A stretch of DNA of 64,000 nucleotides from positions 64,001 through 128,000 of the forward strand of contig CAWFDF010000014.1 in NCBI GenBank assembly GCA_963814585.1. Direction: 5' to 3'. Positions 56,970 through 64,000 of the stretch are shown here, piece by piece (positions within the stretch are counted from its first letter, which is position 1; every line of letters starts with the position of its first letter). Under the pieces are notes generated by a model. The model saw nothing but the letters and a program-made list of their open reading frames with translations. It was not told the DNA's origin and did no database searches. Source of the DNA: an uncultured delta proteobacterium. GTDB lineage: Bacteria; Myxococcota; Myxococcia; Myxococcales; Anaeromyxobacteraceae. A program made the position numbers and the translations under genes.

Positions 56970-58361
56970 TCAGCGTGAGGGGAAGATCTTGCCGGGATTG
57001 AGGATCCCGAGCGGGTCGAAGACCGCCTTGATCCGCCGCTGCAGGTCCACCAGCTCCTTCCCCTGCTCCAGCGCAAGGAAGTCGCGCTTGGCGAGCCCCA
57101 CCCCGTGCTCCCCGGTGATGGTTCCGCCCAGCGCGACCGCGGCCTCGAGGATGGCCGCCACCGCCTCGTCCACCCTGGAGCGCTCCGCGGCGGTGTCGTA
57201 CAGGACGTTGCAGTGGAGGTTGCCGTCCCCGGCGTGGCCGTAGGTGGCCACGGTCAGGCCCAGCCTGGCGCCGATGGCCTTGGCCCGGTCCACCATCTCC
57301 GGGATCTTCGAGCGCGGCACCGCGACGTCCTCGGAGAGCTTGAGCGGGTGGACCGCCTTCAGGTTCACCGAGAGGTAGCGGCGCACCTCCCAGATCTCCC
57401 GCCGCTGCGCCTCGTCCTGCGCCACCAGCACCTCGCCGGCGGCGTCGGCGGCCACCAGGTCGGCGACGCGGACGATCTCGCCGAACACCTGCTCCTCGTC
57501 GTTCCCGTCGGTCTCCACGAGCAGCAGCGCCCCGGCGTCGGCCGGGAAGCGGCCTGGCGAGGTCCGGGCGATGGCGGCCAGCGAGACGTCGTCCATCAGC
57601 TCGAGGCAGCGCGGGATCACCCCTTGCGCCAGCACGCGCGAGACGGCGCGCGCGGCGGCGGCCAGGTCGGCGAAGGCCACCAGCGCGGTCGCCACGTGGC
57701 GAGGCCGGGGCAGCAGCTTCACCATGATCTCGGTGATCACCGCCAGCGTCCCCTCGCTCCCCACCAGCAGCGCCGTCAGGTCGTAGCCGGCCACGCCCTT
57801 GATGGAGCGGTGCCCGGTCCGGATCACCTCGCCGGTCGGCAGCACGGCGCGAAGGCCCAGCACGTACTCCCGGGTGACACCGTACTTGAGGGCCCGCGGC
57901 CCGCCGGCGTTCTCGGCCACGTTGCCGCCGAGGGTGCAGAGCTCGAGCGAGTTGGGATCGGGCGGGTAGAAGAGGCCGTGCCGCTCCACCTCGGCCTGGA
58001 AGGTGGCGAGGATCACGCCGGGCTCCACCCGGGCCACCAGGTCCTCCCCGTTCACCTCGAGGATCCGGTTCATCCGCTCGGTGGAGATGGCGATGCCGCC
58101 GAGGACGGCCAGGCTGCCGCCCGACTTCCCGCTGCGCGCCCCCACCGGCACCACCGGCACCCGGTGGCGGCTGGCCACCTCGAAGACCGTGCGGACGTCC
58201 TCCTCGCTCTCGACCCGCACCACCGCCTCGGGCGGGAAGCAGCCCAGGTCCGACTCGTCGCGGCCCCACGGCTCGAGCGCCTCGGCGTCGCCGCGCAGCA
58301 GGCGTCCCGGCGGCAGGCGCCCCTCCAGCTCGGCCAGCGCCGCGGCCCGCGTCCCGCTCAT
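56970..58361 (-). CDS. FAD-linked 2-hydroxyacid oxidase/dehydrogenase (GlcD-like)
   Basis: GGNVAENAGG, GSEGTL, GHAGDGNLH, GEHGVG, LNPGK; ATGA overlap. Confidence 0.9.
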   Translation of the reverse strand: MSGTRAAALAELEGRLPPGRLLRGDAEALEPWGRDESDLGCFPPEAVVRVESEEDVRTVFEVASRHRVPVVPVGARSGKSGGSLAVLGGIAISTERMNRILEVNGEDLVARVEPGVILATFQAEVERHGLFYPPDPNSLELCTLGGNVAENAGGPRALKYGVTREYVLGLRAVLPTGEVIRTGHRSIKGVAGYDLTALLVGSEGTLAVITEIMVKLLPRPRHVATALVAFADLAAAARAVSRVLAQGVIPRCLELMDDVSLAAIARTSPGRFPADAGALLLVETDGNDEEQVFGEIVRVADLVAADAAGEVLVAQDEAQRREIWEVRRYLSVNLKAVHPLKLSEDVAVPRSKIPEMVDRAKAIGARLGLTVATYGHAGDGNLHCNVLYDTAAERSRVDEAVAAILEAAVALGGTITGEHGVGLAKRDFLALEQGKELVDLQRRIKAVFDPLGILNPGKIFPSR

Positions 58362-59035
58362 CCGTAGACCTCGAGGTTGGCGCCGGTCGCGGCGGCGGGG
58401 GCGTCGAGGGCGGCGAAGACCACCACCCGGGCGACGTCGCCGGGCGTCATGTCGGGCGTGAACGGGGTCTGGCGCAGCATGGCGGTGTCGACGCTGCCCG
58501 GTGAGACCGCCATGGCCTGCACGCCGAACGGGCGCAGCTCCTCGGCGAGGCAGCGCGTGAGGCCGAGCAGGCCCCACTTGGAGGCGTTGTAGGCGCTGGA
58601 CCCGGGTGTCCCCAGCGTCGCGGAGATGGAGGCGATGTTGATGATCCGCCCGCGGCGCCTCGCCTTCATGCCCGGCACCACCGCGCGCGCGCACAGGAAC
58701 GGGCCGGTGAGGTTGACCTCCAGCGAGCGGCGCCACGCGGCCGGCTGGAGCTCGTCGACGGCGCCGCGAACCAGCACGCCGGCGTTGTTCACGAGCAGGT
58801 CGCACGGCCCGAGCCTCCGCTCGTGCTCGGCCACCAGCCGCGCCACGTCCGCCTCGCTGGCGACGTCGCCGGCCACGGCCAGGGCCGCCCCTCCCTCGCG
58901 CACCACCCGCTCCAGCTCGGAGGCGGTGCGGGAGAAGACGGTCACGGCCAGGCCACGGGCGGACAGCGATCGCGCCACCGCCTCGCCGATGCCGCGTCCG
59001 CCGCCGGTGACGATGGCGGTGGTGGGCGCGGTCAC
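58358..59035 (-). CDS. SDR-family oxidoreductase
   Basis: TGGGRGIG, NNAG, YNASK, SPG; GTGA overlap. Confidence 0.9.
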   Translation of the reverse strand: MTAPTTAIVTGGGRGIGEAVARSLSARGLAVTVFSRTASELERVVREGGAALAVAGDVASEADVARLVAEHERRLGPCDLLVNNAGVLVRGAVDELQPAAWRRSLEVNLTGPFLCARAVVPGMKARRRGRIINIASISATLGTPGSSAYNASKWGLLGLTRCLAEELRPFGVQAMAVSPGSVDTAMLRQTPFTPDMTPGDVARVVVFAALDAPAAATGANLEVYG

Positions 59036-59676
59036 GGGCGGCCTCGCCGGACACGCGGCCGGGGCGGGGCCGCCGTCCCGCGCGCCACCGCGGCCAGGAA
59101 CCGCCGCGACAGCGCCCCGTCGTCGGCCAGGACGCCGGCGAAGAACTGGGCGTGGGCCCGGGCCCTGGGCCTCCGCTCGCCTCTCACCGAGAGGCACATC
59201 TGCTCGGCCTCGAGCACGCAGGCGGCGCCTCGCGCGCCGGCGTGGACCATGAGCGCCTCGGCCACCTGCCGCGCCAGGTCCTCCTCCAGCACCAGGCGGT
59301 GGGCCAGGGCGTCGACCAGCCGGGCCAGCTGGCCGAAGCCGACCACCCGGCCGCCCGGGACGTAGGCGACGTGCGCCAGGCCGCGCGAGGGCAGCAGGTG
59401 GTGGGGGCAGACCGAGTGGAAGTCGATGCCGGTGACCGCCACCAGCCCGCGCCCGCTGGAGGGCATGGCCTCGGCGAGGATCTCCGCAGGATCCTGGCGG
59501 TAGCCGTCGAGAAGGTCGTTGGCCCAGGCCTCCGCCACCCGCTCGGGCGTCTTCTCGAGGTCGGCGCCGCGCCGGACCCGGTCCGGCAGGGCGAGCGCGT
59601 CGAGGAACAGGTTCACCGAGCGCTCCAGCGCTCCGGGCCGGGCCCGCCTGGCCGGCTTCGGCCTACGCGTCGGCAC
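59032..59676 (-). CDS. folE: GTP cyclohydrolase I-like protein (divergent active site)
   Basis: TPERVA, SVCPHHLLP, AHVAYVP, MC..VRG. Confidence 0.82.
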   Translation of the reverse strand: MPTRRPKPARRARPGALERSVNLFLDALALPDRVRRGADLEKTPERVAEAWANDLLDGYRQDPAEILAEAMPSSGRGLVAVTGIDFHSVCPHHLLPSRGLAHVAYVPGGRVVGFGQLARLVDALAHRLVLEEDLARQVAEALMVHAGARGAACVLEAEQMCLSVRGERRPRARAHAQFFAGVLADDGALSRRFLAAVARGTAAPPRPRVRRGRP

Positions 59677-60055
59677 CCGGCCCCCGGTAGGTGACGCAGG
59701 AGTCGGGGATCTCGTAGAGCCGGACCTCGACCAGGCCGGCCAGGTGCGGCGCCAGCGTCTCCCAGATCCAGCGAGCGATGTTCTCGGCGGTCGGGTTGTC
59801 GAGGAAGTCGTTGAGCGTCTGGTGATCGGCCCGAGCCAGCACCCGATCGCCCACCACCTGCTTGATGACGCCGAAGTCGGCGATCATCCCGGTGGCCGGG
59901 TCGACCTCCCCCTCGAGGGCGATGAAGAACTTGTAGTTGTGGCCGTGCATGCGGAAGCAAGGCCCCTCGTAGCGGGGGAGCCGGTGCGCCGCCGCGAAGT
60001 AGAACTCCACGTCGAGGCGCATGCGCCGGCGGTCCGAGTAGTCGATGGTGGCCAT
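59663..60055 (-). CDS. queD: 6-carboxytetrahydropterin synthase / PTPS
   Basis: FAAAHRL, CFRMHGHNY, DF, NPTAENIA. Confidence 0.9.
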   Translation of the reverse strand: MATIDYSDRRRMRLDVEFYFAAAHRLPRYEGPCFRMHGHNYKFFIALEGEVDPATGMIADFGVIKQVVGDRVLARADHQTLNDFLDNPTAENIARWIWETLAPHLAGLVEVRLYEIPDSCVTYRGPGADA

Positions 60056-60105
60056 GCTCTGGTCTTAGCCGGGCGCGGTGCGGCCCGCCCGGATCGTGCG
60101 CGGCC

Positions 60106-60447
60106 CTACGACGCCGACGGCGGGGACTCGCCCGCGACGCGCCTGGCCTCCTCGGCCGCCTCGGCCGAGGCGTTGAGCGCGTTCTTGAGCACCTGGCTGG
60201 GACGAAAGGTCAGCACCCGCCGGGCCGAGATCTCGATCTCCTCGCCGGTCTGCGGGTTGCGGCCGACCCGGGACTTCTTGTCGCGGACGATGAAGTTCCC
60301 GAAGCCGCTGATCTTGATCTTCTCACCGTGCTCGAGCGTCCCCTTGATGGTGTCGAAGACCATCTCGACGATCTCGGCGGCTTCCTTCTTGGAGAAGCCC
60401 ACCTTCTCGTAGACGCTCTCGATGATGTCGGCCTTGGTCACGTTCAT
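60106..60447 (-). CDS. ihfA: Integration host factor alpha
   Basis: TKADI, KISGFGNF, GRNPQTGEEI, VLTFRPSQ; downstream of pheT. Confidence 0.95.
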   Translation of the reverse strand: MNVTKADIIESVYEKVGFSKKEAAEIVEMVFDTIKGTLEHGEKIKISGFGNFIVRDKKSRVGRNPQTGEEIEISARRVLTFRPSQVLKNALNASAEAAEEARRVAGESPPSAS

Positions 60448-60477
60448 CCCTCGTTCAGGTCGAGCTAACTATTGAAT

Positions 60478-60506
60478 TCGGTAGCCGATTTTCCATGGGC
60501 TGTCAA
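60478..60506 (-). promoter_or_regulatory. Sigma-70 promoter for ihfA
   Basis: TTGACA-N17-TACCGA in an AT-rich island. Confidence 0.55.
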
Positions 60507-60886
60507 TTCCGGGGACGCGGGGCCGGCGCCGGGTCCACCTGCCGCCTGGCCCCCTCGCGCGCTGCCCGGCTCGGCTCCGCGGCGGCATCGAGTCGCCGGG
60601 CGGTGTCCCGCTCCGCCGGCGCGGGATCCGGCGGGGCGCCCTGGACCGACCGACCCAGGCCGGCCGCACGTGCCAGCACGCCGGCCGAGATGGCCGACGC
60701 CGCCAGCCCGAGGAGGAGCGCGGCCAGGGCGGCCCGCCCTCCGTCCCGGCGGGCGCGCAGGGCCAGCACGGCGGCGCCCAGGCCGGTGGCCAGGCCGAAG
60801 GGCGCGGCCAGGGGGCTCCAGCAGGCGAGCAGGCCAGCCACCCCGAAGGCCACGGCCACCAGCGCCCGGCGCCCCGGCCCCGTCAC
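60503..60886 (-). CDS. Small membrane protein
   Basis: Two to three hydrophobic segments; starts 1 nt after the pheT stop. Confidence 0.6.
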   Translation of the reverse strand: MTGPGRRALVAVAFGVAGLLACWSPLAAPFGLATGLGAAVLALRARRDGGRAALAALLLGLAASAISAGVLARAAGLGRSVQGAPPDPAPAERDTARRLDAAAEPSRAAREGARRQVDPAPAPRPRN

Positions 60887-60887
60887 G

Positions 60888-63287
60888 TCAGGACCGCAGC
60901 TCGGCGCCGACGGTGAGCGCCAGCCGCGCCACGATCCGCCCGTGGGCGGCGTCGGCCTCGGCGTCGGTGAGCGTCCGATCGGGCGCCCGGTAGCGGATGG
61001 CCAGGGCCAGGCTCTTCCGTCCCGCCGCCAGCGGCGGCCCCCGGTAGACGTCGAAGAGCGTGACCTCCTCGACCAGCGGCTCCTCCCGCACCACCGCGGT
61101 CACCGCCGCGGCGGCCACCGGCTCGCCGACCACCACCGCCAGGTCGCGCAGCACGGCCGGGAGCCGGGAGAAGGGCCGGTAGCTGGGCACCATCCAGGCC
61201 GCCGCCAGGAGCGCGGCGGCGTCGAGCTCGAAGGCCAGCACGCCGCGCGGCAGGTCGAAGGCCTGCGCCACGCGGGGGTGGATTTCGCCCAGCGCCCCGA
61301 GCCGGCCGCCGTCCGGCACGCGCACCACGGCGGCGGCGCGCGGGTGAAGCCAGGCCACCGACCGGCCCGCCTGCTCGAACGTGGCCTCGACGCCCAGCGC
61401 CGCCAGCACGCCCTCGACCGAGCCCTTCAGGTCGTGGAAGTCGGCGGGCTCGCCGCCGGCGGCCCAGGAGACCGGGCTGCGCCGCCCGGCCAGCACCGCC
61501 GCCACCACCGGCCGCTCCACGGCGGGGGGATCGCGGTCGGGGACGGCGCGCGGCGAGAAGGCGGTGGCCAGCTCGTAGATCCGGATCGTGTCGCGTCCCT
61601 GCCGGCGGTTCAGGGCGGCGAACCGCAGGAGCGACGGCACCACGCTGGTCCGCATCACCGCCATCTCGGCGCTGATGGGGTTCCGGAGCGCCACCGCCGC
61701 CACGCCCGGCTCGAAGGCCTCCAGGTCGGCGGGCGGCACGAAGGCGTAGCTCACCACCTCGCGGTACCCCTGCCCCTCCAGCGCCGCCCGGGTGCGGGCC
61801 TGCGCCTCCAGGCGTGGCGGGAGCGCCGGCGTGCCGATCGCCAGGCGCGGCAGGGTCTCCGGGATCGACTGGTAGCCCAGGGTCCGGATCAGCTCCTCGA
61901 CCAGGTCCTCCTCGATGCTCGCGTCGACGCGCCAGCTCGGCACCTCCCAGCTGGCCCCCTCGCCGTCCGAGTCGCGCTCCGCGAAGCCGAGGTTCCCGAG
62001 GATGCGCCGGATGTCGCTGGGGGCCACCTCGAGGCCCAGCAGCTGGCTGGGACGCTTCCAGCGGAGCCGCACCGAGGTCCGCGGCGCCGGACGCGGCTGA
62101 ACGTCGACGCGACCGGGTCGCACCGTGCCACCGGCCAGCTCGGCGATCAGCGCGGCGCAGCGGTCCAGCGCGGTCGCCACCATGCCCGGGTCGGCGCCCC
62201 GCTCGAAGCGGTGCGAGGCCTCGGTGTGGAGCCCGTGGCGCCTGGCGGTGCGTCGTACCGTGCCCGGCTGGAACCAGGCCGACTCGACGAGGACGCGCCG
62301 GGTGCCGGGCGAGATCTCCGAGTCACCGCCGCCCATCACGCCGGCCAGGGCGCTGGACCGGTCCCGGTCGGCGATGACCAGGTCATCGGGGTCGAGCGCC
62401 CGCGACTGGCCGTCGAGGGTGGTCATCCGCTCGCCGGGGCGGGCGGTGCGGACCACGATCTGGGCGCCGGCCACCTTGTCGAGATCGAAGGCGTGGAGCG
62501 GGTGGCCCAGCTCGAGCAGCACCAGGTTGGTGACGTCGACCACGTTGGAGATGGCGCGGATGCCGCATCGCTCCAGCCGCCGCTGCAGCCAGAGCGGCGA
62601 GGGTCCGATGGTGACCCCCTCGACCACCCGGGCGGCGTACCGGGCACACTTCTCCGGCGCCTCGATGCGGACCGCCACCGCCTCGGCGGCGGGCGGGCCC
62701 TCCTCGTGCGGCGCGGCGGCCGGGCGCTTCAAGGGGGTCCCCAGCGCGGCCGCCACCTCCCGGGCGATCCCCAGGTGGGAGAGGGCGTCGGGCCGGTTGG
62801 GCGTGACGTTGACCTCGAGGAGCACGTCCTCGAGCTGGAGCGCCTTGGCGATGGGCGTGCCGGGCGCCAGGCCGGGGTCGAGGATGAGCAGGCCGCTGGC
62901 GTCCTCGGAGAGCCCCAGCTCACGGGCCGAGCAGAGCATCCCGAACGACTCGACGCCACGGAGCTTCGCCTTCGAGATCCTGGTCCCGCCCGGCAGCGTG
63001 GTCCCGACGGTGGCCAGCGGCACCAGGTCGCCGACCTGGTAGTTCTTCGCGCCGCAGACCACCTGCAGCGGCTGGCCGTCTCCGCGATCGACGGAGGTGA
63101 CCGAGAGCTTCTCGGCGTCGGGGTGCTTCACCGAGGAGAGGATGCGGGCCACCACCACCCCCTCCAGCCCCTGCCCGGTCCGCTCCATGGCCTCGACCTC
63201 GAGGCCGACGGCGGTGAGGCGCTTCGCCACCTCCTCCGGCGACGGCAGGTCGACGTACTCGGACAGCCACTGAAGAGAGATCCGCAT
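60888..63287 (-). CDS. pheT: Phenylalanyl-tRNA synthetase beta subunit
   Basis: HPDAEKL, TPNRPD.LS, RFERG, DLVEE, FDX-ACB tail. Confidence 0.97.
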   Translation of the reverse strand: MRISLQWLSEYVDLPSPEEVAKRLTAVGLEVEAMERTGQGLEGVVVARILSSVKHPDAEKLSVTSVDRGDGQPLQVVCGAKNYQVGDLVPLATVGTTLPGGTRISKAKLRGVESFGMLCSARELGLSEDASGLLILDPGLAPGTPIAKALQLEDVLLEVNVTPNRPDALSHLGIAREVAAALGTPLKRPAAAPHEEGPPAAEAVAVRIEAPEKCARYAARVVEGVTIGPSPLWLQRRLERCGIRAISNVVDVTNLVLLELGHPLHAFDLDKVAGAQIVVRTARPGERMTTLDGQSRALDPDDLVIADRDRSSALAGVMGGGDSEISPGTRRVLVESAWFQPGTVRRTARRHGLHTEASHRFERGADPGMVATALDRCAALIAELAGGTVRPGRVDVQPRPAPRTSVRLRWKRPSQLLGLEVAPSDIRRILGNLGFAERDSDGEGASWEVPSWRVDASIEEDLVEELIRTLGYQSIPETLPRLAIGTPALPPRLEAQARTRAALEGQGYREVVSYAFVPPADLEAFEPGVAAVALRNPISAEMAVMRTSVVPSLLRFAALNRRQGRDTIRIYELATAFSPRAVPDRDPPAVERPVVAAVLAGRRSPVSWAAGGEPADFHDLKGSVEGVLAALGVEATFEQAGRSVAWLHPRAAAVVRVPDGGRLGALGEIHPRVAQAFDLPRGVLAFELDAAALLAAAWMVPSYRPFSRLPAVLRDLAVVVGEPVAAAAVTAVVREEPLVEEVTLFDVYRGPPLAAGRKSLALAIRYRAPDRTLTDAEADAAHGRIVARLALTVGAELRS

Positions 63288-63311
63288 GGGCGCCGCGCCC
63301 TCCGAGGGGGG

Positions 63312-64000
<689 letters not shown>

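Noticed and set aside
59032..60055. Dpd-type 7-deazaguanine DNA-modification defence island
   Set aside because: No dpdA/tgt-like, queC, queE, helicase or nuclease gene, and the context is core housekeeping.

Overview
This is very GC-rich core chromosome from an Anaeromyxobacter-like myxobacterium (taxon inferred from gene content and protein style). The centre (24.2-46.0 kb, minus strand) is a ribosomal superoperon: rpsL-rpsG-fusA-tuf, the S10/spc genes, secY-adk-map, and rpmJ-rpsM-rpsK-rpsD-rpoA-rplQ, joined directly to rpsP-khpA-rimM-trmD-rplS. rplC (L3) and infA are absent from their usual positions. Many essential genes here carry single-base frameshifts, most likely sequencing errors. 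The left arm holds a Thermus-type homocitrate synthase, a cytochrome c/4Fe-4S/NrfD (DsrJOP-like) redox module behind an FNR-like box, PFK, RluD, a MinD/FlhG ATPase with a J-like/HTH partner, Slt, a sigma-54 two-component pair, an outer-membrane protein, rsmI, yraN and a degenerate SMC-like protein. The right arm holds mutY, SOD, mtgA, an RHH-uxs-epimerase operon, lipoproteins, korAB, a queD-divergent folE-SDR-FAD oxidase operon, ihfA, pheT and partial pheS. No tRNA, rRNA, CRISPR array, transposase or phage gene was seen. The best leads are the pterin operon with a catalytically altered FolE, the redox module lacking a catalytic subunit, the pseudo-ATPase, several structured intergenic RNAs and a recurrent leaderless-promoter signature.
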